Of a stretch of DNA of 64,000 nt, positions 1-14,505 are shown one piece after another (position 1 is the stretch's first letter; every line of letters begins with the position of its first letter). The stretch is from Eledone cirrhosa (Eukaryota). The position numbers and the translations under genes are program-made. The stretch lies in assembly GCA_964016885.1 (NCBI GenBank), contig OZ024743.1, positions 335,482,001-335,546,000 on the forward strand. The letters run 5' to 3'. The notes below the pieces were generated by a model. That model was given only the letters and a program-made list of their open reading frames with translations. It did no database searches and was not told the DNA's origin.

Positions 1-95
1 TCTATAGCGACAGTGTTTCTCTTGGTAATACCAAAGTGGAGAAATGAAGGGGAAGGTAATATTTCTGTAGCACCTACATTTGAGTTTTAGGGAAG

Positions 96-129
<34 letters not shown>

Positions 130-146
130 GAAATGCCCATATATTG

Positions 147-155
147 CTCTGTGTG

Positions 156-192
<37 letters not shown>

Positions 193-500
193 CACACACA
201 GAAATGTATATATATTTCTGTGTGTGTATATATATATATATATTACACACACATAAATGTATATATATTTCTGTGTGTATATATATATATATATTACACA
301 CACATAAATGTATATATATTTCTGTGTGTATATATATATATTTCTGTGTGTGTGTATATATATATATATATTACACACACAGAAATGTATATATATAATT
401 CTGTGTGTATATATATATATTACACACACAGAAAATGTATATATATTTCTGTGTGTGTATATATATATATATTACACATACAGAAATGTATATATATTTC
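147..500. repeat. Palindromic minisatellite (~50-58 bp unit, ACACACAGAAAT-(TA)n-ATTTCTGTGTGT), ~6 copies
   Basis: Repeated self-complementary unit separated by (TA)n, read directly. Confidence 0.8.
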
Positions 501-620
501 TTAGAACAAAATTATTATTAATGTTTTGCTGTTCATAACAATTGGAATTGAAAAATTACTTTTGAAATTATTAGTTATTTTACTAATGCTTAGATATGTA
601 AAAATGAAGCAATGTTTCTA

Positions 621-812
621 ATAATTGTTTCTACTTTTGGCACAAGGCCACCAATTACCCAGTACATTACTGGTACTTTATTTTATCGACCCCGTGAGGA
701 TGAAAGGCAAAGTTAACCTCGACGGTATTTGAACTCAGACCGTAAAGGGACGTAACTCCATGCTATGAAGCATGGTGTCCGACTCTCTACAGATTCTGCC
801 AATCCACCGCCC
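621..812 (-). mobile_element. tRNA-derived SINE, cephalopod-type family A
   Basis: Minus strand has A-box-like GGTGGATTGGCAGAA and B-box GAGTTCAAATACC; body GGCACAAGGCC...TTTATCGACCCCGT.AGGATGAAAGGCAAAGTTAACCTCG recurs more than 10 times in the window. Confidence 0.85.
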
Positions 813-1205
813 TAATGTCTGTACGTAATGAGGGAGTGAGAGGGGAGAGAAAGAAAGGCAGAGGTGAAGTGACAAAGTGACTCTCTCCTCCTCCTCCTCC
901 CCCATCTTCCCATTCGTCACAGCGATAGAGGGGAGGAATGTTAGTGTGTTACAAAGAGAAAGAGTGAGAGTGAGAGAAACAGACAGACTAAAAGAGAGGG
1001 ATAGCTGGAGAGAGAGAGAGAGAGAGATAGCAACCACGCGCGCACGTGTTTCCACTGTCAGACAGACAGACAGAGAAATTGCTGGTTATATATTATAAGG
1101 AGATTATATGGTGAGTATGATAAAAGTAACATGAAATTTAATATTTGAAAAGTAGGGAAAACATTTTGAATGATATGACAAGTACTGGTTGGCTAATGAA
1201 AAATA

Positions 1206-1382
1206 ATTGTTTCTACTTTAGACACAAGGCCAGCAATTATCCCAGAGTATTATCGACCCCTTAAGGATGAAAGGCAAAGTTAACTTCGGCGGGATTTGAA
1301 CTCAGACCGTATAGATGCGTAACTCTATGTTGCAAAGCATGGTGCCCGACCCACTACAGATACCGCCAATCCACCGTCCTAA
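1206..1382 (-). mobile_element. SINE family A with ~17-bp TSD (TGGCTAATGAAAATAAT)
   Basis: Homology to the 621-812 copy; near-identical direct repeat at 1190-1207 and 1383-1399. Confidence 0.85.
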
Positions 1383-1426
1383 TGGCTAATGAAAATAATG
1401 CAAAGATATTATTGATTGGCAAGGTA

Positions 1427-1693
1427 TTGGGTTGTCCAGAAAGTAATTGCATGTTTTTCTCATAAATGGCAATAGAAGTTTTCAAATATAACTAACTTCA
1501 ATTTAAACCATTACTTCATTGTGTGACTTGACAGCTGACGGTTCAATGTTGATTTAGAGAAATAAAGTGCCTGATTTCTTTAATTGTTTATTTGACGTAG
1601 ATTCCAAATAGAAAACCAAAAGGAATGTTATCGCCATGAATTATTGTGTTACTTCCGAAAAAGAAAAACACTTTGTGCAAGCTCATAACGATT
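1427..1693 (+). mobile_element. Mariner relic (left TIR plus transposase N-terminus)
   Basis: TA+TTGGGTTGTCCAGAAAGTAATTGC TIR-like end; translation IENQKECYRHELLCYFRKRK resembles the mariner N-terminus MENQKEHFRHILLFYFRKGK. Confidence 0.7.
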
Positions 1694-1978
1694 CGTCTTC
1701 TTGTCGTATAAGATGAACATAGTTAGAGAGGCAGGTCGAGGGGGATGAGTCAGAGCAAACCATCATTATGGTTTGTCTCCAAGCCGCTGGGAAAACGTCT
1801 GAGGGAGCAATCACGAACAACATACAGTACTGTCTGGTCAGGGTTCCCAACATATGCTGGGTTGTCTTTCATTTTCCATCGATGGAGACGATGGGCTGTC
1901 CTGGCATATGTTTTGCAGATCCGATTAAAGGACAACTGTTGCTTCCTGGTAAAAATGAAGGCTGGCTGGTTTAGATGT
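1694..1978 (-). mobile_element. 5'-truncated RTEX-like LINE 3' end inserted in the mariner relic, 14-bp TSD
   Basis: AGCTCATAACGATT at 1680-1693 and 1979-1992; translation LSFNRICKTYARTAHRLHRWKMKDNPA..GNPDQTVLYVVRDCSLRRF..LDLPL* matches the RTEX C-terminal zinc-knuckle pattern. Confidence 0.7.
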
Positions 1979-2070
1979 AGCTCATAACGATTAAATATTG
2001 CAAGAGAGAAAATTAGTATTTTTATTTTTTAGCAGTTGCCTGGTGTAAAGAGATTCTCTAAAGACATATA

Positions 2071-2300
2071 AATAATTGTTTCTACCTTTGGCACAAGGCC
2101 AGCAATTATCCCAGTACATTACTGGTATTTTATTTTATCGACCCCGTAAGGATGAAAGGAAAAGTTAACCTCGGCGGGATTTGAACTCAGACCATAAAGG
2201 GCCGGAACTCTTTGCTGCAAAGCATGGCGTCCGACCCTCTACCGATACTGCCAATCCACCGCCCTTGCTGCCAATCTACCGCCCTTTGCCAATCCACCAA
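2071..2300 (-). mobile_element. SINE family A (head with triplicated TGCCAATCCACC)
   Basis: Homology to the other copies. Confidence 0.85.
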
Positions 2301-4694
2301 CCTTTAGGTTATAATGAAAGAAAGATATGTAACCCGAATAGGAGCTGGGTCCACGAACCAATTACCTTCATAGGAAACACAGAATAGAATTTTGCCCAAT
2401 ATATAATCCTTTCCAGGGCTGATTTTGTTTTTGTTGAATCCCAGGTTAATCCCGATTGAACAGATCTGCTATCAAAGGTATTCCATAACTGATTTAAGGT
2501 TTTTAGGGGTATATAGAACTGCATTACTTAATATGCAATTTCTTTATTTGAAACGATAGTATATATTTTTGAGAGCAATTTAATACTCATATCCAGCAAG
2601 ACGAGCAACTATTTACACACTCATTCAGAAAATTGTTCTCAAGGATGTTAGCGGCATGAAGGATGTGAAATGACTGCGTAATAGAAACGATGCCTTTCCA
2701 CAGGTTTAGATTTACAGTAAGCCTTCCGAGTGTTCTACAAATATTGACATTTGCTCTATAATTAAACTAAAGTACACTTCGTTATCATTAAAATCATGTT
2801 ACAGGTTGGTCCCGATAAAAATAGACTTATTTTCTAAAGCCTTTCAGAGATATATTCTTCTACTGTAATTCATGTTGTAGTTGACGTTTTTGAATTTGAA
2901 TTTTGCTTCTCTTTTTTCTATTTTACTGTAGTCTCACATATTACGAAGACGATCGCCGCTTTCGTTGGCAAATTCCTAGCTGTGATAAGCCCGCTACTGC
3001 AGTAGTGTAATTTTATGAGATAGTTAAAAACAGAATAACATACTTATCGTAAGAAAAACATTATCATTACATTTAGTACAGTTAGTTCTGTTTGACGATT
3101 TCGCAAGTGCTGAGGTTCAGTTAGAATTGCATGCTTCCTTGAAAGTTTTGGTATGTTCCCTCCGATGTTATCATCAGAACATTTGCAAAGTAGAATAAAT
3201 GAAAGCTTTTCAGAAGGCCTCAACGAAGTTGAATGAACGTCTATTAATAAAAGCCAAATCCTTCTCAACTCAAATCACAGGAAACAGATGTATGCGTCCA
3301 GGATTATACAGAGTACTTTATATCTTAAAGTAATATGTGATGATCAAATGTGAAAGCTCATCATCATAGGCGTGCTTAATCAGGGCTGATTTTCCTAACC
3401 GAAAATAAAACAAAATAAAAGACAAAAGAAATAGATAACTTGGCGCTGCCTCAAGCAACAGGAGTTCTAAAAGGAAAAATAGACAGTACAAGCAGATCAG
3501 AGGCCTAGTTATTTGAGGAAATACAGTCAACTAAGACGATAGGGTTCGTAGCAATTTGTATCTTAAATCGAGCGTGCGCAGTGATTGCATGGTTGAAAAG
3601 ACTTAAGACTTGATTCTCGAATAGTCCAGTCTACTTAATTATAAATTAAACCCTTCGACTGAAACAACAGCACCATTGTATGTAACAGAACCACTGTTTA
3701 GTAGATGCGGCATAATCATATGTATAAGAATGTTGCTTCAAAATTATGTCCCGGGTTCGATGCCTTGTGAGTGAAATTGGGTAGAAGGAAACAGTTTACA
3801 AGTCCGTCGAATAGATTGTTTCTGTAATTCAAAGGGTTTTCTTCTGCTTCGCTCACTTAATCCTGGGAGGGTCTTGGGGGCAGTCCTCAAACATGCCGTC
3901 CAGCGGTCCTGTCACTAACAACCGTCTCCAATTGATCCTGACATAAAGCATAAATAGCAAGAGAAATTGCTTAATTCTAATTTTTCTGAATAAAAACGTT
4001 TGAAGACAAGATTAACTAAGCTAATATAAATCAGAGTTGCAATGAGAACTATGAAGAGACTATGAAGAACGTGTAGTGGTTGAGTATATGCAAACATATG
4101 TAACTGGTTTTTAACAAGATTCTAAATACACATAAAACTTATTAAAACAGACAGTGGGATCTTTTACACCAAGTACTGCGTTTTATTGGCATTGTCATAA
4201 CACACAACGTGACATTCGTGAAGTTTTTATCGAAAGTCTTACATCATGTTAGATTAGATTTCAGTAAATGAATGAATCTTTTTGTAACGGTGCTTTTGAC
4301 ATTTATTATATTAGAATAGTTATTAATTATATGAACATTATTGTGCATATAGGTTATCTGTAGAACGTAATATATGAGGAATCTAGAGACTTCCCAGAGA
4401 GGTATATTCAGGAAGTGTTTCTATTACATTTTCCCAGCCTATCGAGGACATTTTTACCTAGTGTTGAAAGTTTATGAAACTATCGTACATTTAATTATAC
4501 AGTATCCATGCTGCCTACATGAACTTTATTCAAAACCCAGATTATCTGAGCAAATGTTTTAAGTAGTAAGCATTGAGAAGGGAAAGTTTATTTCTTAAGC
4601 TTTGATGAAAATTGATAAATTATTACTATCATTAGCATACATCAATGAAATCTAAACAGATACAATTAATTCTGGTATATATCAAATAACAATA

Positions 4695-4933
4695 TGATCG
4701 ATTGAATCAATTGACCAGATCCCAGACCTCATTTGCTTACCGAGTCAAATCAGACCAAGGAAACAATGTTTCCACTGGTCTTTCTATTCTTAATAAAGTC
4801 GCAACTCCTGGCAGAAAGAGAACCGTGAAATAAAGTGTCTAGTCCAAGGACATAACGCACCAACCGGTCCGGGAATCAAACTCGCAACCTTATGATTGTG
4901 AATCTTATTCTTTAACCATTAAGCCACACACCT
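4695..4933 (-). mobile_element. tRNA-derived SINE family B
   Basis: Homologous to 16495-16710; B-box GAGTTTGATTCCC and GTCCTTG..CAAGACACTTTATTTCAC motif on the minus strand. Confidence 0.75.
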
Positions 4934-5526
4934 TCATATGTGGCTTGGTAGTTAGACAATCTAATCTATCTATCTTCCTATATATTACTAAAGCTCGGTG
5001 ATTCCTTGCTTTCTTGTCTGTAATGTAATACATCCAAAAGGGCGCATAATCGGAGAATACGCTGAAAGGAAGTTGACCCTGAAATGGGAATACAAATGGA
5101 ATAAAACAAGTTTCGCATAAATTGGACCACGGGTCCCGAGATATGGGGTTTTTCCGGGCACCTTCATAAACAAAGAGAGAAAGATAGAGAGGAAGAGATA
5201 GTGATTCTGATAGAGTAGATTGATAGAGAGACATAGAGAGAGGGAGAGAGGGAGAGGAGACAGAGAAGGAGAACGGAAGAGAGCTGGTGGTGTTGTTGTA
5301 TATATATATATATATGTGTGTGTGTATGTCTACGTGTGTGTGTGTTTATGACCAGTCTATATATATCACAGACACCCATATATATTTACTTTTATTTCAT
5401 TCCTTGTATTTTGATCATGCTTTATTTTTACTTTTATTTTTAATTTCATTCGCACCGTTTCCTTTCGCTATATGTCTCTCCACCACTCCCCTACACACCC
5501 TTTGATCTCTGTTCCCACACACTTCT

Positions 5527-5560
5527 CACCTGAGGAAGGGCTTATGCCCGAAACGTCGTT
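5527..5560 (+). ncRNA. Minimal hammerhead ribozyme motif in a PLE pLTR-like unit (~5380-5650)
   Basis: CTGAGGA-A-GGGC TTAT GCCC-GAAA-CGTC; weak stem I; AATAAA downstream. Confidence 0.6.
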
Positions 5561-5647
5561 CCGCACCACCACCCCACTCTCCAGAGCGTGAAATTAATAA
5601 ACATTCGTTGTGCTGCCTCTCTGTTTTGTTCCTGTTCAAATTTTTCC

Positions 5648-5694
<47 letters not shown>

Positions 5695-5697
<3 letters not shown>

Positions 5698-5906
5698 GAA
5701 GGAAGTGTGGTAAGGAACCAGGTGGACCATAACGCACCAGAGTACTCGATACTTTGGGTAGTAGAGTGGGTAATAGGAAAAGAATCAGAACTCCGACGGC
5801 AGAGCTGAAGCCGTTTCCACAGCTATTTCTGGACTGAAATAGCTTTCCAGAAATAGTTGTCGAAACGGCTTGAACTCTGCCGTCGCGGTTCTGACTCTTT
5901 TCCTAT
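5695..5906. mobile_element. Fold-back element family F, copy 1 (78-bp tail plus ~60-bp-arm hairpin) in (TA)n
   Basis: Arms 5773-~5833 and ~5846-5906 are reverse complements; homologues at 29891 and 30453. Confidence 0.85.
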
Positions 5907-5973
5907 ATATATATATACATATATATATGATAAAGAACACAAGAGCGTCTACAACATCAAAAGATTTTTATTG

Positions 5974-6018
5974 GCTTACAATGTTTCTTCCTTACGTAAC
6001 CGTAGGATTCGTCAGAGC
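5974..6018 (-). ncRNA. Minimal hammerhead ribozyme in a pLTR-like unit (~5930-6235)
   Basis: GCT-CTGACGA-ATCCTACG GTTA CGTAAGGAA-GAAA-CATTG-TA-AGC then CAATAAA. Confidence 0.8.
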
Positions 6019-6246
6019 TATAAAAGGGGTTTGATTGGTGTTATGGACTCTACCAACCAAACATTCAAGAACAAAGAGTAAAGAGAGTAAAGAGCAAAAG
6101 TAGGGGACGATAAGTCTAATTTTGGTGCGGGAGGGTGGGGTGTGGGTCCTTGTTTACTAGCTGCGGTCATATTCATTCCCGGGAGTCGAGTGGTTAGTTG
6201 AGCCATAGATGGGGTAGCGTCGATAGTATGGTGCATATATATATAT

Positions 6247-6434
<188 letters not shown>

Positions 6435-6789
6435 GCATAAATATGAGCCTTCCAGTTTCATTTCATATTATATACATGTCTGTGTATACTGTAATTATTT
6501 AAAAATTATTTTTACGTGAACATGATTTTTAAAACATATTTTGAAGTGCACTTGACCTAATGGGTCACGGTTGGTCTAGGACATTCTAAATTCAAAACAT
6601 CCGTTATACGTTTAAGTATTTCACAAGGTTTTATAACTATTAAGACCTGTATAAGAAAAAACAAAACAACTGTATATAACATACTTGGTAACATAGGTTT
6701 TATAAACAGTATATCAACCATTGTATGAATGTTTCCACCTAATTTAGATTCATAAACTTCGATATTTATTGTCCGGTAACTCCTGATAG

Positions 6790-7050
6790 AGTCATAGGGG
6801 CGCCGCAGTGACATACGGCGTTTCACGGGTATCTTAAGCCTGGCGGAGCCCATCCCTCTTCAGGTCTGAGTACAGCCGATATCTTCCAGGGAAAGGTAGA
6901 AAGTGAGAGAGAGGAAACGAGAAACAGATGTAGAGGAAGAATCGACCCTGTACCAGACTAGTACTTTTTTATCGACCTCGAAATAATGACTGGCAAAGTT
7001 GCCATAAAGTGTTCTATCCCACGTTCTAACGACCCTGCCAATTCGCCACC
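6790..7050 (-). mobile_element. SINE variant with extended 3' part (homologue at ~21120-21373)
   Basis: Shared CATA.GG..CC.GCAGTGACATACGG..., GAGGAAGAATCGA and TGCCAATTCGCCACC head. Confidence 0.6.
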
Positions 7051-7688
7051 AATCTTCAATATAACCAAGTTAAATAAAATCCTTTTGCTCTGACTGTTGA
7101 TTTGATTGTATGCGTTCTACAGATATCAGTATATTTCATCAAGTTACCTATATTTTCTAAAATGCGTTCGAAAATAATTATAGAAAATGCCTTTAAGCAT
7201 ATACAATAAACCTACAGCATGTAGATTTGTTGTTGCATTGCATTAACCATAATTTATCTTAACTTATTTTATGAGTTGCGTTTTAACCCTATCTTAATAC
7301 TATCTTAATACAAAATTTAGATATATTATTTTATGAATTTTATATTAGCTATTCGAGATAAGCAGCCATAAGCTAACCTACAGAAATAGTATGAAAATCT
7401 TAGCTGTAGAAAATAACAGCAAATTTGTCAATGATTCAAGTACATACAACAATCGCAGCGGTCGATTTAATGTTGCTAAATACGGAAACAGTTATATTTC
7501 AACCTGTAAATAAGGAAGCTACAAGCCAAATTATCTTGATACTCAGACAAAATTTCGTTAATCATATTCACCTTATGTAACCCTTCTATTCAATTATTTC
7601 TAATTATTACGGGAAATTGTTCGCGAAGTCAATGATAAAATATAAAGATTTTTTTTTTGTTGTGGAGACAGATGGTACTTCATTGACT

Positions 7689-7752
<64 letters not shown>

Positions 7753-7799
7753 TTGTAAGCAAAAGGGATATTTAATATTATATATATTATAAATATATG

Positions 7800-10259
7800 G
7801 TTATCGACTCTCGCTATATATAAATATATGGACATCGACTCTCGGCAACAACACCACGGAATCTAACAAACCCAGATTCCCGATATACCAACTGGATCGC
7901 CCACTCTGTCCACCGCCTGCCAACCGCGAGCTTGAAGAAAAACTCTCGATGCTAAAACATTCCGTATTTAACATCTTACGGAAACAGAAGAAGATAGCCC
8001 CCAAACTCTCCAGGACACAACAACTCGCCCTGAAGAACCTACGGAATAGGGAACTTATATACTTACCATCCGACGAAGGTAAATAATTTTGCGTCATCTC
8101 TCAAGCCACATACAACAACCTAGCCTTTGAACACCTAGGCGACAATGAAATATATACAGAGATCCCGGACATGACTGCAGCCCAGATCGAAAAACAGACC
8201 AACTCCATCTGGTCCGACATCTGTAGGAGAAGACAACTCCCAAATAAAGTTAAGCTCAACTACACCACTAGAAATAGCAGACTGCCCCCTTTCTACCACC
8301 TCATCAAGACCCACAAGAATAGTACTAAGACACAAATAAGACCCATCGTCTCTAGCATAGAAGGACCTCTATACAAAATCTCCTGGCTCCTCTCCCAGGT
8401 CCTCAAACATCTACTCTCCACCTTTCCCGAGCATGTCAGTAGCTCCGACGAAGTCTTACGTAGACTACACCAACTCCAGCCAGAACAACTTAAACTAAAT
8501 AGATACGCATTTAGCCTCGACGTTGTCTCCCTCTACACTACAGTCCCCGCTCACCCAGCTGTCGATTTATTGACGGACTGCGTGGTCGCAGAGGACACCC
8601 ACTGCTACGGCCTCCATTCGACGGACATACACCAGCTTTTGTTCCTTCACAGTGGAGAACACGTACTTCACCTTCCACCACCACACATACAGACAGACAA
8701 CAGTATTACCCATGGGATCCAGCCTATCGGGCCTGCTGGCCATCACCTATATGAACCAGATAGAATGCCGAGCCCTCAACAACTGCCATTCCCATACCTT
8801 CTTCACCCGATATGTAGATGACATACTCATCCTTACATCATCCCGTGAGGAGGCGGATAAAATATATACAACATTCTCCAGCATGGACGCCAGTATAAAG
8901 TTCAGCATGGAACACCCCGATGACCGCGGATCCCTATCCCTACTGGACTTCCAACTTAGGGTAACGTAACAGAGGAAGGCAACACCCACACCTGTTTCTA
9001 TAAGAAAAGCCGCCAGCAGGGACCTGTTCGTACATTTCAGATCGGCCCTCCCTGCCGGCGCTAAGTTCGGATACATAAGGAACGAACTAACACGTATCCG
9101 GAACAAATGCACCGACGCTAGAGACCGAGACACACACACCACACATTTCCTGGAAGTACTCAAACTGAACGGATACACGACATCCACCACAGGCCAGAAA
9201 GAACAGAGGACACCACACCCGAGGCACTAACACTTGCTTCCTGAAGCTCCCACACTCCAGTGACAAAACAACAACAGCCATCCCCAGAGCTATCAGACGA
9301 GAGGGACTAGATATCCAACTGGCCCACTCAGGTCCTTCTCTACGCGGACAGCTAACCAAAAGACACTCCACCAGACATGACAACCGCTGCAGGCTAGCCA
9401 ACTGCCCCAACAATGACACAGACCTATGCCACCAGGCTTACGTCGTATACAGACTAGAGTGCGACAAATACAGCAACTTCTACGTAGGTAGCACCACCAG
9501 ACCACTCCATATAAGAATAAAAGAACACCTCAATACTACCGCTTCCTCATTTAAGAAACACAGACAAAACCAATGACAATTAGGATAGAAACTAAGGAAA
9601 GAAACCTCGGCAATCTTAGAATTAAGGAAGCACTAATTATAGACAAAACACAACCACCAATCAATAATAGACTAGAACTCAACAACCCATTTATAACTTG
9701 ATAGAGCATTTAGCACCATACGTATACCCCCCCCCACACACACACGCTTACACCTCCACTTATTCTCTCTCACACACACACATACACACACAAAGACCAG
9801 TTCTAACACGAGAGAACATCTATCCCCCACATTTACGTATAGACATATCTTCTGACACTCACACACACACACATACTTACACATTCACGCATTCTCCCAC
9901 ACACTTAAACAGACATGTAAAAAAAAAAACCTTTTAAAGGGAGACTACTCTTTATCCACCTAACCTTAATTCTTTGACATTAGAGATAGAACAGATACTC
10001 TATACCATTTCCTGTCAGCATGACTTGGCAAGGTATTTAGAACACTGGTTTAACCGTTTTACTTCCCTCTGAAGAAGAGATATTATCTCGAAAATTAAGG
10101 ACATTTAAATAAATCTAAGGTAAAAGACTAATTGTCAACAATATCTTTTGTATTTGCATTTTTTTTAAATTCTATGTCCATACTTGCATTGTTTGACTTT
10201 ACAAATTCAAACGTTTATACCTCATTACAAAATGCTTCAAGCGAACTATAAATTCCCCC

Positions 10260-10260
<1 letters not shown>
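7800..10260 (+). mobile_element. Penelope-like element, degenerate RT plus GIY-YIG endonuclease, 3' pLTR
   Basis: FYHLIKTHK, IRPIVS, SLDVVSLYT, LPMGSSLS, RYVDDILI, SLSLLDF; VVYRLEC..FYVGSTTRPLHIRIKEH at ~9440-9530; frameshifts and stops. Confidence 0.92.
10064..10101 (+). ncRNA. Minimal hammerhead motif in the PLE pLTR
   Basis: CCT-CTGAAGA-A-GAGAT ATT ATCTC-GAAA-ATTA-AGG. Confidence 0.65.
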
Positions 10261-11200
<940 letters not shown>

Positions 11201-11702
11201 ACATGCACACTACACATGCTAGCAGAAAATCACCCGAAGGTTGATTTTTCTGCTAGTGTATATAAGCATATGTATGTGTGTTGTATATATATTTATACAC
11301 ATATATATATATATATGTACATGCGTGTATATATATATATATATATATATTCTCTAAACCTTTGTCACTTAGTAGAACCTTAATGAATTTAGCTTTTAAA
11401 GAATCTCCCTTTCCTTTAATTCTATCTACCATGACTGACCCCCCACTGACCTTATAGACATCTGTTAGCTTAAGAGAAACTTAATGACAAGGAATGGTAT
11501 GCCATCCGGAACCTGTTTATAGAATTTTGACTGCCTTTGTTACTCTAAAAACAAAAATTAATAAAAATAAACTATAGCTTTGTAGAATTAGCTTTTAATG
11601 AATTCCCTTTTCTATCAACCAATGACCTACACCCATCCCACTCCCCACCCTCTCCTACCACTTGTAGAGACCTATAAATACCATATTTATTTTTTGATAC
11701 CC

Positions 11703-11753
11703 AGATTCCTGATGATTTCTAAAGAATGAAACAGTTCTAGTCCTGTAGAATCT
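11703..11753 (+). ncRNA. Canonical type I hammerhead ribozyme at the end of a pLTR-like unit (~11350-11760)
   Basis: AGATTC-CTGATGA-TTTCT AA AGAAT-GAAA-CAG TTCTAGTC CTG-TA-GAATCT; all three stems close; GUA cleavage site. Confidence 0.88.
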
Positions 11754-11768
11754 CATCTATATTAAAAC

Positions 11769-11813
<45 letters not shown>

Positions 11814-11832
11814 ATGTATATATATATATATA

Positions 11833-13410
11833 TTTCGTTTCTGAATTTGTTTAGCAAGATCCTTTATCTGAAACCGGATGTTGAAACCGATATTGTTATA
11901 CTTTGGGAGGGTTATGTCGCCAATGAGAAACACACGCACCAGATGTTTCATTCCAATTTATTATAAATTAAATTTATAAATTTAAGAATTTATAAAATTC
12001 CGGTTGTTTGCTTGGTTCCATAACCGGACGGTTGTTCATATATTGTCAAAGTTCTTACGTCACACATTCTGTGACCTCTTAAGTGACTGGGGATTCTTTT
12101 CTTTGTTTTGTGCCTCTCCTTTGTTCTGTCCTACGCTATCTTGTTTTTGTATGTGTTGTGTGCTTGGTTTGCGCATGTTTTACAAGTGGATGTCTGTGTG
12201 TATTTTTATTTGTTTATTTACATGTTACTGGTCGGTTGTTTGTTGTATGTGTGTGTGTGTGTGTTTTCATTGTGTCCTTAATTGAAAGTTGTGATGTTGC
12301 TATTCCATTCATGCTTTCTATTTAATTTTGGTTGGAGTTCATTTATGTTTATTGCCTCTGCCATTTGTCTAAACATTGCGTCTTTTCTGTATGTAGATTC
12401 TATTTTTATTTCTATGTCCTCTAATTTGCCCTTATGTTCTATGTAACATGTTGGTGGAGTATTGATGATTCTTTTTTATCTTGAAGTTCTCGCCAGTGTT
12501 CATTTAAATGTTCTCCTATGCTACGAGCTGTCCGACCTATGTACACTACATTCTTATCTTTACCTTGTCCTTCAGTACATCTTATGCTATATACTACATT
12601 TCTAGTTTTACTGTTAGTTTACAGATTATGCATTTCTTATCTATACAGGGAGGTCTTTGAAAAGGGTATGTATTGCTAATAAGTGTTTTTATGGAGGTAC
12701 CTGGTCTTTCTACTATCTTAATATTAAGTTTATGTTTATCTAGGGCCCTTCTAAATGTATAAGCTAATTCACCTCTAGGGGTTGTATTGATGAACATTAC
12801 AATCTGGTATTTATTGCTATCATACCATGAGTTTATTCTATTCCTCATATTCCTAGTTCTTTCTATTCTATTCCAAAATGTGCTCCTATACAAGGGGCAG
12901 GTCCCATTTGTATCATTATTTACCATTTTTTCCCATTTGGTTCTGGCTCCTCTATACACTCTGATTTTATCTCTCTGATTGTAACCAGAGAACTGCATAC
13001 GGTGGATGAAGTGTTGTATGTGTCTCTCTAGTTCTTCGGGGTTGCACATGCGGGACACGTTTCTCATCACCCGTACCGGATCCGCAATCAGTATGTTGAT
13101 TTTGGTGTGATCCGAAACAGCTGAGTTTCGGTGGATCAGATATTTGGAAGTCATGGGTTTGGCATAATGGGAATGAAGGATTTGTTTTTTGTTATTAATG
13201 TTTTCTAATCAGAGCTCTGTGTCAAGTACAGATAATCGATGGTTGGGGTGTTTGCTTGGGTAGTCTATAGTAACTCTAATACTCTGGTGGATGGGGTTAA
13301 CTATTTGCTGGATGCTTTCCATTGTGTTTTTCTCTATTTCCTGACTGTTCTCTAGTGGGGTGTTTTAACTACGATGTTTATATCATCAACGTAGCGGGAG
13401 TACATTAAAT
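11833..13410 (-). mobile_element. Penelope-like element (RT C-terminus, GIY-YIG, pLTR); left arm of an inverted pair
   Basis: MYSRYVDDINIV at ~13410-13375; HRNSAVSDHTKINIL; mutated HHR at 12045-12088. Confidence 0.88.
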
Positions 13411-13412
13411 TT

Positions 13413-14505
13413 TAAATAATGATACAAATGGGACCTGCCCCTTGTATAGGAGCAAATTTTGGAATAGAATGGAAAGAACTAGGAATAAGGCTAATAGAAT
13501 AAACTCATGGTATGATAGCAATACATGCCAGAGTGTAATGTTCATCGAGGTGAATTAGCTTACAAGTTTAGAAGGGCCCTAGATAAACATAAACTCAATA
13601 TTAAGATAGTCGAAAGATCAGGTACCTCCGTAAAAACACTTATTAGCAAGACATATCCTTTTCAAAGACCCCCCTGTATAGATAAAAAATGTATAACCTG
13701 TAAATTAAGCCCCATATTAACTGTAAAACTAGAAATGTAGTATATAGCATAAGATGTAATGAAGGACAATGTAGAGACAAAACTATATAGTGTACATAGG
13801 TGAGACAGCTCGTAGTGTAGGGGAACGGATAAATGAACACTGGCAAGACCTTCAAGATAGTAAAGAATCATCTGTACTCTACCAACATGCTAAAATAGAA
13901 CATAAGGGTAAATTAGAGGACATAGAAATAAAAATAGAATCTACACACAGAAAAGACGCAATGTTTAGACAAATCACAGAGGCAATAAACATAAAAGAAT
14001 TACAACCAAAATTAAATAGAAAACATGAGTGGAACAGCAACATCACAAGTTACAATTAAGGACAAAATGAAAACACACACGCACATAGAACAAACAACCA
14101 ACCTGTAACATGTAAATAAACAAATAAAAAACGAATATAAACAGACACCCGGATGTGGCGCATGCGCAGACTGAGCACACAACACACACACAGAAACAAA
14201 ATGGCGTAGGACAGAATAAAGGAGAGTCACAAAAACAAAGAAAAGAATCCCCAGTCACTGAAGAGGTCACAGAATGTGTGACGAAAGAACTTTGACAATA
14301 TATAAACAACCATGTGGTTGTGGAACCAACCAACCAACCGGAAATTTATAAATTCCTAAATTTATAAATTTATTATAATAAATTTTAGTGAAAGCACTGG
14401 TGCGTGGGTTTCTTATTGGCAACATGACCCTCCCAAAGTATAACAATATCGGTTTCAACACACGTTTTCAGATAAAGAATCTTGCTAAACAAATTCAGAA
14501 ACGAA

